From positions 186,001-250,000 of the forward strand of contig NMRA01000541.1 of the NCBI GenBank assembly GCA_002633005.1: 64,000 nucleotides of DNA, given 5' to 3'. How positions within the stretch are numbered: position 1 is the stretch's first letter; each line of letters begins with the position of its first letter. Positions 1 to 12,615 of this stretch are shown piece after piece. Below the pieces are notes generated by a model. That model saw nothing but the letters and a program-made list of their open reading frames with translations. It was not told the DNA's origin and did no database searches. The DNA is from Phoronis australis. Taxonomy: Eukaryota > Animalia > Phoronida. A program made the translations under genes and the position numbers.

Positions 1-150
1 TGTCATACTTCCTGTACATAATCCTTCTACCTCTTTTGTACAAATCAATTTCTCCATTTTATATCGGTCACTAGCACTTGTGCTACTGTTTTGCAGTTAA
101 CCTGTTCCATACCGATGTAAAATAAACATTTTACTTACTATACTTTTACT
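1..150 (+). mobile_element. Probable 3' tail of a LINE/SINE
   Basis: AATAAA at ~121 followed by a short simple-repeat tail (cattttacttactatactttt), typical of L2/CR1-group 3' ends. Confidence 0.3.
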
Positions 151-685
151 ACCCCTCAGACCCAAGTGTCAGTGCCAGTGTTCTCCAATGCCAATGGGCG
201 CTCTCAATCAACAACAGTAAACACTACACTCTACAGTGGCAGTGAGTTTTCTCACGCTTGCTGCAAGTCAGGTTTTTTTCCACCGGACCACTTTCTCTGC
301 CTCTGTCTTTTCCGGTCTTTAAAGTGCAAAGTCGTATAGTGACTGCTATACTACTTCGCCTAGCAACTTCGGTCCTCTACTAGAAATGCTGAATCATTTG
401 ACAGCAACAGTGAGTTTGACCTAAATAATTGACCTCGATACCACCACGTGAACTTGGAATTTTGTTTAATCTCAAGGTCGAACCTGTGCAGCCGACAGCC
501 GTCTCGCTTTAGAAGATATGGTAATAGACATCACCGTTACTTTTTATTTACAGTCTATGGGACTTGAACAAAACGTCTAACAGTTGTTATTGTGTTCATT
601 GATGATGAGATGCCTGTGATGTAGACCGACTTGCCGTTTTAGTTACTTTTTATTGGCAGTCTCTATGGACCGGTCTTGAACAAAA

Positions 686-1623
686 CTAGGCAATGACCAT
701 CGCCTCTGTTGGCCCGAACCAGAGGCGATGTAGAGGCTATAGGCGCTCTGTACGCCGGAAGCTTTTCGGCGAATTATGCCTCGCACCGACTAAACCATCA
801 AAGTCACGTTGTTATAAATACCTTTTGCGCATAGAGGAACACCTTAGGAGGTTACCGATGTGTTTAAGTCCTTCCAACTCGAATAAATACTCCCGTTATG
901 AAACTTTTTCTTCGATCAGTCCCTATTTCAGTTCCCAAAATCGTGAAATCAAAATTTTCATTTTTTTAACCAGGCCGAAGGTCAGAAGTTGCGGACCTAC
1001 CGGCGAACTTTGAAAGCTGAAGTTCGATCCCACCCTTCGCGTACGTGCTGCCGGGAACCAGCCGTGCATTTGCCGTGTTGTTAAACATTAAAATGTCAAA
1101 TATGTGCACAAAGACTATTAAATGTCATATCAAAAGCATTTATTTTTATCAAATACAAACAATAATTCATTGAAATACAAACAGTTTCAAGTAATGCCGA
1201 TTAAAGACAAGTATAAGTGGTGGCATTTTGGAAACGAACATTTGACTGACAAGACCGCAATGGCTCACCTTTGGCCTATTAAAAAATTATTGAGGTTATG
1301 AAGTCACATCACCTAGCGAGCGCGGTAAAAATTGGAGCGTGCGCAGTACAAAAATTTTGATTTCACGATTTTGGGAACTGAAATAGGGACTGATCAAAGA
1401 AAAAGTTTCATAACGGGAGTATTTGTTCGAGTTGGAAGGACTTAAACACATCGACAACCTCCTAAGGTGTTCCTCTATGCGCAAAAGGTATTTACAACAA
1501 CGTGACTTTGATGGTTTAGTCGGTGTGAGGCATAATTCGCCGAAAAGCTTCCGGCGTACAGAGCGCCTATAGCCTCTGCATCGCCTCTGGTTCGGGCCAA
1601 CAGAGGCGATGGTCATTGCCTAG
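686..1623. mobile_element. Non-autonomous foldback/MITE with ~273-bp terminal inverted repeats
   Basis: 686-958 is the near-identical reverse complement of 1351-1623, which explains the twin 106-aa ORFs. Both ends read CTAG, so a TA or CTAG duplication is possible; superfamily unclear. Confidence 0.9.
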
Positions 1624-2868
1624 GAGAAGTCCAGCACTACAGCGTCACTCAAACCGACGCTGTGGTGCTGAACTTCTCCAAAGCCTTTGATAAATGATCC
1701 CATCCTAGACTCTTGGAGAAGATCAGATACTACGGTATAAGGTGTCTCACCCACAATTGGATATAGTCATTTCTATCCCATAGAACACAGAGAGTTGTCG
1801 TCGATGGCGAGTTCTCAAATTCCTTCCCAGTCCAATCAGGAGTGCCCCAGGGCTCTTTCCTTGGGCCTGAAATCTTCATACTCTGCATAAATGACCTTCC
1901 TGACACCATTCTTTCTAATGTCCAGCTTTTTGCTGATGATGCAGTTCTCTACAGACCCATTGGTTCCCCTCACGATTGCCAAATTCTTCAACAAGACTTA
2001 GACTCCCTAGCCTCTTGGGAAAACTCCCGGAAAATGAACTTTAATATCTCCAAATGCAATATTCTTGGTATCCACAGAAAACGTTCACCCATAATATACA
2101 ATTACAGCCTACACAATGCTTAACTCAAATGCATTAATGAAACCCCATACCTCGGGGTCACTCTCACTGATAATTTATCGTGGAACACTCATACAGACAC
2201 AATCACCTCAAGGGCAAACAAAACTTGGCTTCATTAAACGAAATCTCAAATATGCTCCTCAAAAAACAAAAGCCCTTGCCTACACTTCACTTGTTAGACC
2301 AAAACTAGAATACCATCCACTCGTTCAAACATTAAAAAAATAGAAAAAATACAGCGTAGAGCAGCCAGGTTTGTTTTAAATGACCATCAAGGTACTCCTT
2401 TATTTCATCCATGCTCAAAACTCTCAATTGGCCCTCCCTCCAGGAAAGACGAGCTCAGAACAAACTATCCAGTCTGTACAAGACCGTACATAACCTGGTT
2501 GCTATTCCTCACTCATACCTTCCACTCCTACAGACCTCCAGATCACGAAACTCCCACTCTCATACCTTTGAAAGATCATACATCCGCACTGCATACTACG
2601 CAAACTCTTTCTTTCCATCTACCGTTTTACTCTGGAATAGACTCCCACAATTCGCCATCTCATCAGAAACAATAGAAATTTTCACAAGTCACATCGTAAA
2701 CATCAATCTTGCACAGTAATCAGTAAGACCTGTTTTATCTTGCCACTAACCAGCGCTTTGTTTTATCATTATTTTTCACAGCTACGTTCACCTCAGTTTC
2801 ATACTAACAATGCGCCAACAAGTAAGGATCGATACCACAATCGTTTGTTGTATTTCGGAAGAAGAAGA
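1624..2868 (+). mobile_element. 5'-truncated, decayed L2/CR1-group LINE (RT and 3' end)
   Basis: DAVVL.FSKAFDK, GVPQGSFLGP, LFADDAVLY, FN.SKC, LVRPKLEY, LNWPSLQERR and SFFPST...WN.LP across frameshifts; (GAA)n tail at 2858-2868. Confidence 0.88.
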
Positions 2869-3164
2869 TCGTTTCCCAGATGAACATGAATAAATTTTCT
2901 CCTCGATGTGCTGTTTTTGTCATGAACTTAAGGTTCAGTTTGGCCAGTGTGTCGATGCTCTGAAGCAGTGTGATCTTACCGATTCAGTAGATGTCACTGT
3001 CATGTATTGAATTTCTACCAGATGTTTATAGTTCCGGTAATACTTAAATGTATGGCTGTTAATCACGTGTTACTATGACGTACATTCTTAGCATGTATAG
3101 TTTTGTTGCATGTGTTTTAGTCACTTGGATGTCGTTTGCTTTAATGCTGAATACTTTGATTTTC

Positions 3165-4232
3165 ATTTATGGACCCCGATCCAAACCCTGTGCGAGGATC
3201 GAGCGTTGGATACTGTGATTGCAGCCATGTAACTTTCGAATAAAGCACGTTGCTGGCAGTCGAAACATTGCTGATTCATTATCGCGCCTGGTGAACCCTG
3301 CAGACATTCGAAACAAACAATCTGACGAAGCTGTGGACTGTGTCCGCTTTACTGCGGTGAATACCATGCCAAATGCTCTGTCAACGCGTGAGATTGAAAT
3401 CCAATCCTTGGATGACCCTGAATTGTCTGAGGTTAGGAAAGCTGTCGAAACTGGAAGGTTCGAAATTTGTTAGAATTTCCAAGCTGTTGCTGGAGAACTG
3501 TGTGTTGTTGGAAAAGCAATTTTGAGGGGTACCCAAATTGTGATCCCGCGTAAAATGCGCCCCACTGTATTATCGCTTGCATATGAAGGTCATTTAGGAA
3601 TTGTTAGCACGAAACAACGTTTACGTACTAAAGTGTGGTGGCCCGGCATGAATAAAGATGCTGAATTTAAGCACTGCAAATCGTGTTATGGTTGTCAACT
3701 TGTGGCACAACCCGATGTTGCAGAACCGATTCGTTCCACTGAGTTACCAGACGGACCTTGGCAAAACCTTGCTGTCGATTTGATGGGACCATTTCCCTCT
3801 GGACATTCAGTATTAGTATTCAGTTGTAATGGATTACTACAGTCGATGTTATGAAATTGAGATTTTGAAATCAACACTCGCAAATAACGTCATTGATGCA
3901 TGGTGGGAGATGTTTTGTCGATTCGGTTTACCGTTTTTATTGATCAAGTCAGTCAACGGCCCGCAATTTAAATCCGAACAGTTCCACAAATTGTGTGTAG
4001 AAAATGGAATTCGACACCAAAAAGTTACTCCGAGATGGGCCCAAGCCAATGGGGAGGTGGAACGTCAAAATACATCATTGTTGAAACGTATTAAAATTGC
4101 GCAAAGTGAGGGACTTGACTGGAAATGTGAAATATGTAAATATTTGATGGCATACCATTCGCTAGAACATGCCACAACTGGGCGAAGCCTCGCTAAAGTC
4201 GTGTTTGGCAGGAAAATGCGTACAAAACTGCT
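3165..4232 (+). mobile_element. Decayed Ty3/Gypsy LTR-retrotransposon pol fragment (RNase H end, integrase)
   Basis: IERW..LQP.NF.IKH.AG..NIADSLSRL; HHCC zinc motif (GHLG...KVWWPGM...C..C..CQ); GPWQ.LAVDLMGP; D(V)NGPQF; NGEVERQN. Frameshifts and stops; no LTRs seen. Confidence 0.88.
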
Positions 4233-5168
4233 CGTAGTGGCCATTTTTACTGTTTTCGAGTCTGTTTTTTTGCGTCCACCCCTCTATCAATCAAACCGCT
4301 CAAAGGATGATTGTAAAAATTGGCAGGTATGTGCTTACTATAAAGTGAACGGTTGACGATCATTTTTCAACGATTTCGAGTACTGTGGCGTTGCCTAGTG
4401 GCAGTTTGTTTTTGTTGTGCCTATGGCTGTATCTCCTAAACCGCAGGATCTTTACTCAATTTAGCAAGTGTATTTATATGATGTTGACTACGGATGACTA
4501 CTTTTGGACAGATCTTACTACTGCTGTGCTCCCTAGTGGAAATTTTAGTTTTTTACATTTAACTCAGTATCTTCAAAGGTCCTCAACAGATTTTCATAAA
4601 ATTTTAATTATAGGCATCTATTGGTTTGATGACGCTATCTTCCTGTTTTTGGATGGAATCGAGGTATTTTGCACCACCTAGTGGCCATTTTTGCTGTTTT
4701 CAAACCTTGTTTTTGGTGTCCACCCCTGTATCATCCAAATTATTTGAAAATTGGCATATATGTTCTCAGTGTGAAGACGACCTTTGATGATGATGACTGA
4801 CTACTGTAGCGCCTCCTAGTGGTAGTTCTCTGTTTCGCACCCATAGCTGTATCTCTTAAACCCACTGCAGGATCTTTACTAAATTAAGTAAGTGTATTTG
4901 TATGAAGATAACAACAGACGATGACTTTCAGGTGGATCCAATGGACACCGTGCCATCCAGTGGCAATTTCATTTTATTTTGTTTTCCTTTGTTTCTTTGA
5001 AGTTCCTTGACAGATTTTTATGAAATATTGTATGTTCCTGTTTTTGGATGGATTGTATGTTTTTGCGCCATGTAGTGGCCATTTTTATGATGCAAATAAA
5101 TAACCCTAAAAGCACACCATTTGCAATGCATTCGTGGGTGCATTTCAACGCTCTGCATTGCTCTTGTT
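4233..5168 (+). mobile_element. 5'-truncated Helentron-type non-autonomous element (HINE/DINE-1-like), copy 1
   Basis: Collinear with the 3' halves of the copies at 21945 and 27773; same 3' end (gtgggtgcat, hairpin caacgctctgcattg, ctcttgtt). Confidence 0.8.
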
Positions 5169-6860
5169 GGGGTATTTGGAAGAATATAAATGGGTCTATA
5201 ATTGCCCGGATGGTCTGGGTCCAAACAATGTTTAAAAACTGGGATTACCCTGGCAATTTTGAGAGCGTCTGGAAATATACCACTATGTAAGCACTGGTTG
5301 GTGATGGTCCTGAGAGGTTCAATTATAAAAGGACTACTTATTTTGATAATTTTAGATGATAAATTGTCATGACCAGTACTTTTTTCATCCATGTCTCTTG
5401 TAATGTCTAGTACTTGTTTATCATTAATTAGTTTGGCGTGGGAAGATAGTCTTTGAAATCTTGCTTTTTATGATAGTTATTGATTCAGAAAGGGATGGGC
5501 CGATTTGGGTAAAGCAGGTGTTGAATAAACTTGCCATTTCGGGTAGGTCACTGGTTTAAGTGTTATCTGAACGTAAGAGACATTCTGGGGTATCATTTTT
5601 TGTTTGAATGCTGTTGTTCTTAACTGTCTTTATTGTATCCCATGTTTATCTATGTCAGACTTCCCTTTTTCGGATTTGTCATAATAGTAAGATTGCTTGG
5701 CGGAATCAATATTTTTTGAGAATCTTGTATACTTTAAGATTGTTGTGGCATGTAGCGTAGGATTGTGTGTTGCAAGGGGTTGCCTTGGTTTGTTTGTACA
5801 GTTTATCTCGGTAACGAATGGAAATTAAAATGCCAGGTGTAATCCACGAGTTAAGCGTGTGTTTGTGTTTACCGGTATTAAATCTAACATTTTTTGGTCC
5901 AAAGTGTTTTTTCGTGAGATATGTCAAAGCATCACTGAGTATTGCGTAGTTGTGATTGGGGTCACAATCTAAGCTGCTGTCTAGCGTTTTCATAATATTG
6001 CAGTTTTGCAAGCTATTGAGAATGTGAGTTTTTGTTTGCGTTGTGTAACAATATTTTGAGACGAAAGTAGGGCGTTTAGGGTGGAGTTTCTTTATTGATT
6101 TTGAAGCAATGAAGATAGGACAGTGGTCTGAAATCGAAGAGAGGAGAATACCAGAGTGTGTATGTATGTGACCGTATGATGTTGATGTAAAGAAGTTATC
6201 TATTAAAGTTGCTGAGGTGGGGCTAAGACGTGTAGGGTATGTAATTGAAGGTCTTAAGCTGTGATTTGTCCAGGAATGTTTGAACTTTATTATTTGTGTC
6301 TCTAGAAGATATAAGTTGTAAAAGTTATACCGACGCAGATGATTTTGTTTTTAATAGCGATAAAAGTGAGTAGGCCATCGAACGTACAATAAGTATCAAG
6401 AGTTTGAGCTTTTTTAACAGGACGATTTTCATTTACGTAACTAATAAGGCCACCGTGTGTTGAACATACCGTAAGCCAGATGCAGGTTTGGAATACATGT
6501 TGTAACCATCAATTTGAATGACTGAAAGGCAGTTGGTCATGGTTAACCTGTTTCTTGTATTAAGATAATGTCGAAATATAATTCTTTAGAGTGAATGTAG
6601 TGCAGGAATGATTCAAATTGAGTGAATTTTGCGTCAAGTGATTGAATGTTAATACTTAACACAGTTAGACTTGATTTATTTAATTCAAGAAAGTGTTTAA
6701 CTCCTTCTGTATCAAAAAACGGGATTAATTGGATTCTCGGTGCCACAATCAAGGGAGTTATATATGAGAGAGAAATCAAGTGCATTTTCACCTCCAGAGG
6801 AGAGTGGATACGGGCATCACACTCAAGCACTTGAAAATCAGACAACAAATTTGATTTCCC
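5169..6860 (-). mobile_element. Decayed CR1/L2-group LINE ORF2 fragment (APE endonuclease to RT start)
   Basis: Minus-strand LTVLSINIQSL...FDIILIQET, HGGL..Y, YPTR....SATLIDNF, ISDH.PIF, WITPGILISIR.RDKLYK, KSTGHDNLS, GIFPDALKIARVIPVFK, NYRPI; many disruptions. Confidence 0.85.
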
Positions 6861-6961
6861 ACTTAGTGAACTTTCGTCGGTTTTGAGGCCGTATAACTCG
6901 ACCCTCTAAACTTGCACAGAAATGCTGCAGACATGCGAGCAACAACCAACTGAACCAAGGA

Positions 6962-8930
6962 TTGGTCAATATTCAATATATTGACGCTCTCCAACAACTT
7001 AATGACACAGCATACTACAAACTTGTAGATAATAACCCCAACACAAAACATATCAGCCTTATAACTAAAACTATTTTGAATGCTTTCCATTTAGGTCACA
7101 TTGACGAAGAAACCAAAAACTACCTCATTCCTAATGATGCTCAACCTAGTCGCTTTTATCTCCTTCCAAAAATCCACAAAGAAGGTAATCCTGGACGCCC
7201 AATTATAGCCAGCAACAACTGTCCTACAGAAAAAATTTCTCAGTTTGCCGACTACCATCTTCAGCAATTTGTCCCCACCCTTCCTTCATATGTTAAAGAT
7301 ACGAATCATTTTCTTAATATAATTAAAAACATCAGTGATTTACCTAAAAATGCCCTTCTCGTAACTCTTGATGTTAAAAGCTTATACACTAATCCTCAAC
7401 ATGAAGGCATAGAAGCCTGTACCAAGTTTCTTAGTCAACGTAATAATCCTAATGTACCTACATCTTTTATTTGCTCTCTTCTTGAACATGTACTTACCAT
7501 GAATCATTTTACCTTTAATAATAACCACTATCTCCAAATATTAGGCACAGCTATGGGAACTAGGGTTGCTCCTACTTTTGCCAACCTTTTTATGGGAAAT
7601 CTTGAAAACAGCTTCATCAAATCCTGCTCTGAAAAACCCCTTCTGTGGCTAAGATACATTGATGACATTTTTATGATATGGACCCATGGCCACAAAAATT
7701 GGATGTATTTTTAGAAAATACTAACAAATTTCACCCTACTATAAAGTTCACTCATGACATTTCTCAAAATAAAGTCTCATTTTTAGATGTAACTGTCACT
7801 CTCAATAATGATAAACTAGAAACTGACTTATTCTGTAAAGAAACTGACAAACACCAGTATCTGTCATATCACTCGTGTCATCCCTTTCATTGCAAAAAAA
7901 GCCTTCCATATAGCCTTGCCCTAAGAATTCGACGCATTTGTTCAGAAGAAACTTCCTTTAATAACCGTTTAAAAGAAATCGAGTACTATCTAATTCAACG
8001 TCATTTCCCCTTACATCATACACAAACAGTTTGACAAAGTCCGCTCAATTACATGAAATGAATCTTTAAGAACTAAAAACTAAAGGCAATACTACTAATA
8101 GAATATCATTCATAACTATGTTCAATCCATGTTTAAACGGAATTAGCCACGTCTTCAAAAAACATCTTTCTACGCTGCATATTTCCCCTCAAATGAAAAA
8201 CCAAGTTCCTCATCCACCTATAATTTCTTGGAGAAAATGTAAAAATCTAAAAAATTATTTAGTTAAAGCTAATATCGACAATATACACCAAACTGACAAA
8301 CCTATTGGCAACACACAATGTAACAAAACTAGGTGTAAAATGTGTAACTTCATCAACGAGAGCACTTTTTCCCAGTCTTCCCAAACCAATGAAAACTTTG
8401 AAATAAAACATTATTCTGATTGCACCACCAACAATATTATTTACCTTATAACTTGTAAAAAATGTACTATCCAATATGTAGGACAAACTCAACATAATCT
8501 ACAAACTCGGTTTCATAATCATAGATTTAACATAATACATAAAAACATTTCTGATACTATAGGTAATCATTTCAATTCCAAAAACCATAATATTCAAGAC
8601 TTTTCTGTACAAATAATAGAAAAACTCGCAACACCGCAGTACCCCTCACAGACTCAAAAGAGAACAATATTGGATAGACAAACTTAATACAACAGAACCT
8701 CATGGATTGAACATAAAAACTTCTTAAAATATGTCATTGAATTTTTTACGCAAAAATGTATCATATTCATTACACCATACCTTATATGTCAATTGTCATT
8801 TTGTGTTTAATTTTACTTTATTTCCGTTTTTGTTGACAAAGGAAGTTATTACATCCGAAAATTTCAAATTTCAGTTGATCAATTCTTGTTGTTTTATTTA
8901 CCGATTTATATTCTTCAATATTCACAAAAT
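6962..8930 (+). mobile_element. Penelope-like element (RT plus GIY-YIG endonuclease; Neptune-type Cys linker), frameshifted
   Basis: FYLLPKIHK..NPGRPII, LVTLDVKSLYTN, GTAMGT..AP.FANLFM, WLRYIDDIF, FLDV, C...RC.MC linker, NIIYLITCKKC.IQYVGQT...RF.NHR, P.GLN; split over three ORFs. Confidence 0.92.
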
Positions 8931-9179
8931 AGAAACTTAATAATCACTGACAAAGACTATAGGAAACCTGGGTCACTTGTACTCACTATTGCAATGATGG
9001 AATGAGCACGATCTATACACAGTGCACAAGTCTGCGTGTCGTAGCAGTCGATCTTGGTCAGAGTTGAGGTCCTGGCATCACTCACCCTAGACTGGAAGCA
9101 GTTTGCGCGTTATTTATGAAATTTTCAAATACACGTAAGGTACCAAGTCTTTCATCGAAACGCCACTTTTGTGTTTGGT

Positions 9180-9370
9180 GGAAACACGATTCCTTGAAAT
9201 GTGCCGAACAAAGTGTGGCTTCCGCCTGAATTGCATGTTCCGCACGGCTGACATTACACTCTCTTGCGGGGCACAAACCCATGCCATTTCAGTGCAACAT
9301 ATTTTGGAAATTTGAACACAGTGGTTCTCAGTCAAGCTGCTGCAGCCTCCACAAATGCACCTTTTACATG
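9180..9370 (-). pseudogene. THAP DNA-binding domain remnant (DNA transposon derived)
   Basis: Minus strand KRCICGGCSS...FKFPK...W...ATLCSAHFKESCF across frameshifts. Confidence 0.75.
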
Positions 9371-9737
9371 TCTGAAAAAGGCGGCTTTCCGCGGACTTTC
9401 CTCATGACTCCTCACTGGTAAAAACAGCAATGGTGGAGATGGTCTTCCACCCATTATGTACAACCCTGATAACAGAAAAATATATTTTTAAAAATGTTTG
9501 GCTTGATTCTTAGCAAGAAGCTATTAAATCTCTTAAGATGTATTAATAAAATTCTTTTTGAGACACAGGGTCATGGTGGGAACTCTTTAATTACAGGTGG
9601 CAAATATTTATCAGCCCTTTTCATGCATACCTGTTTGTATTTCACTCTGATTTATTTCCAGGATGTCTCCTATTACATGAAATAAGGTCCGCTCCACCTA
9701 CTGGCACTCTTGACAGAGTGGCTCAACAAGTGCTGTC

Positions 9738-9789
9738 ATGGCATCCAACATACCTGTGGACCATGGTTGGGCTTGGATGATTGCATTAG
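9738..9789 (+). CDS. MCT/SLC16-like coding exon 1 (MASNIPVDHGWAWMIAL-G)
   Basis: ATG at 9738 with an in-frame upstream TGA (9711); DHGWAW resembles the MCT N-terminal [D/E]G[G/S]WGW motif; donor G|gtatag at 9790; acceptor ttccag at 9661 implies an upstream non-coding exon. Confidence 0.85.
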
Positions 9790-10304
9790 GTATAGTTGTA
9801 AACACAGCATCTTTTATGTGAAATTGGCAATAGTCACTAGGGTGCTGCATTTTCAGAACAAGTTGGATGCCCATCATTCAATTAGAAAACTGGTTCTCAA
9901 AATGTGGCACTCCTGTAAGTGACCATTCAGTCACCTCGTTGATGTAATTTACTACACCACAGTAAATCTCTCTGTTATACAGTGTTTTCTTACTAGAGGC
10001 GAAACTTGGAAAGTTTCGGTAAGGGGAAATGGTTAATTCCGGTAGGTAATCTACAAGCGAAACTTTGCTTAAAATTGGATTTAAAAGCGAAGCTTTGGTA
10101 TACCCACTGAAACTTCAGTGTATGATGGGAGAAGTTGAAGCAAAACTCTGCAACGATATAGGATCACGCAAGACTCATTCAGATATCCTGCAAAACGTGT
10201 TCGTTATTATTGAATCGCCTTTTAGCAGTAACTTTAATATTGCTATCTAGTGGGAAAGGTTGAATTTTCGGTAAACTGAAGTTCCCCTAATGGGAAAGCA
10301 ACTA

Positions 10305-11771
10305 CCGTATTCGCCGTAATAACCGCTCACCGCAGGGCGCTCAGAAAAGTTCGTTTCGGGGGGGGGGCACTTATAACCCAAGGCTGTTGAAACCTGGTCT
10401 CCAAAACGGGTGAAATAGGAAGCTAAAATTCATCACATTTACGCTCTGTGACGTATCTGTAATCTCTAAAAAACTTACTACAAAATCGTGGTGCATTGCT
10501 ATCAAACTTTGCTGCTAAATTACCATCATTTTACAGAAAATTGTGCTGAAATCCCAGGGCGAAAACTCACCGACTGACTGCCTCACAATCTTCGATATGG
10601 CGACTTGAATGCTTGAATAAAAATACAGTTTCGACTCCAGCAAATTACCAGAAATCCTCCTGAAGTTTTCCAAGTAGCGGCCCTAAGATTTTTAAGTTCC
10701 TGTGGAGTCGGGATTAACGGCAGGTTTAAGTACAAATCTGTGCTACATCGTGCCATCTACATGTATGATCAGCAACATGAGAAAAATCNATGGTACCGAT
10801 CCTAGTTCAAGTGTATTACATGTATTGTGCTAATTTTTTCTTAGGACTGATAAGTGTTACTCTCATTTTACTGGCGGTCTTTTGACCAGAGCCACACAAT
10901 CTAACGAGCTATTAGATGTGCATTGTATCTAAAGAAATTTGCACAAGCAGTAGGCCTAAACCAGAGCGTGTTTCATTCAGCACTTACCAGTCTCGTGCTA
11001 AAAACGTTCTCCATTTGTCTCGGTAAGGCCCATATTAGTCGCCGTGTGGCTGGATGCGTACGTGACAGTTATTTTTCGGTGTAAGGGTGTGTAAGCATTC
11101 ACTGTCAGTAGTCATTTAATCGGATATTTGGCTTAAAAACACAAATGATGGTTAATCTAACAATTCATCTTAAAAATAACGCGTTTTTTATAGTATTAGA
11201 AACTGTCGGAAATTTGTGCCAATATCCATTTCTTGCCGATGCTATGCTACCCGTTTCATGAATGGATAGTTCCCGACTAATGTCTTTGTTGACAGGTTCA
11301 TGTATGTTGCGCGCGCTTCCTGGCCACGTGCTTTTAACACTGGCCAAGCTTTTAGTCTTCGAATCGCGGTTTTCACATGTACAAAGAAATTTGGATTCCT
11401 GTTGAAAGCAGGAAATATCTACAAAGCAATTCCGTAGACAAGTACTCTACATCTGTTCTGAAAGGCCAGACCATTGGTCCTCGCAAGATCAACAAAACTT
11501 TTGTGTTCGTTTTGAGGCATGGCAGAAATTTGAAGTGTATAGTCACGGCTAAATACCAACATAGCAGCAAGGCTCGTGGTCTACCAATTCTGCGCACAAT
11601 GATTTTTTCAGGACTGTCGGATATTATTGATAAATTGATTAATTTTAGAACTGTAGGTAAGGCATTTTTCGCATGTACACATTCATGGACTGGGCGCTTA
11701 TTTTAGCAAAGTCTGAAAATGCGTAAAGGGGGCGCTTATTGGGGTATGGGCGGTTATTGTGTCCAATACGG
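10305..11771 (+). mobile_element. Tc1-mariner/pogo-like non-autonomous element carrying a HIRAN-like remnant
   Basis: TA|CCGTATT......AATAACCGC.CA at the left and its inverse TGGGCGGTTATT......AATACGG|TA at the right; internal frame 11365-11646 RGFHMYKEIW.P...N.VDKY..SV...PR.I....LRHG..L.C.VT...GL.I. Confidence 0.75.
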
Positions 11772-12615
11772 TAGAGATAAATTGCTGAGACACACTATAA
11801 CTAGTTGTTATACTATTGTTATGGTGCTCACTTACGTGACATTGAGTGGCAGACTATATGCATGGATGGTCATATAACCGCCTCACAAGATGGTATTTTC
11901 TGCTAATACTATAAAAGTCATTATGACAATCTGATAATATAGAGTGGAAACAAAAAATGGTATTTTACGGTAGTGCTACAAATGTCATCTAAAACTCTAG
12001 GTTAGCGGCTAATTGATCTTTTCACTGCAATTCAAACTCATTCTCCTTGAATCACGGCTTGGAATTTTCCGTGGAAACGCGGATTTCCGCTTTTTTCAAA
12101 TGTGCTTTCCGCTTTTTTTATAATATTTCCGCGTAAAAAAATCGGATTTGATATAAAATTTCCGCGGCAAATTCCTTTCTTACCGCGGCGTTGCAGACGA
12201 CGTTCACCTCGAAAACCGGAAGTTGCTCTTTATGTTTCGGAGGAACGTAAATTGTCAACATTGCCGGGGCATCTGGGACAGCGTGGTGGGATGGTAGGAT
12301 GTTCAATGGTGTCTCGTGTTATTGTTAAGCGCGGCGACAAATACTACCGCTCTGCAGCCAAAAATGTGTGGGTTGGGAGTGGACGGGCGAGCTAAAGGAC
12401 GCAGACGCATGCTACTGATGGTGGTAATGTGTTTTTTTTTTTTTTAGTCCTCCCGATTTTTGTCGGGGAAAGGTTCACATTGATCATTTCAAGGCTGGTT
12501 ATCGGGCATGATTTGGGCCGTAAAAGTTTCAAAGTTTCCGCGTTTTTTGTCATTGGTCATTCCAAGCCCTGTTGAATACAAACTCAAAATAATTGTGTAT
12601 AATTCTGTGTTTGTG

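Noticed and set aside
1021-1032. B-box-like gttcgatccc
   Set aside because: No upstream A box or tRNA stem; lies inside the MITE spacer.
693-1616. Twin 106-aa ORFs on opposite strands
   Set aside because: Simply the two arms of an inverted repeat; no domain similarity recognised.
12364-12425. ATG...GATGGTG|gtaatg as a candidate MCT first exon
   Set aside because: Lacks the GW.W motif; the exon at 9738-9789 fits both motif and phase.
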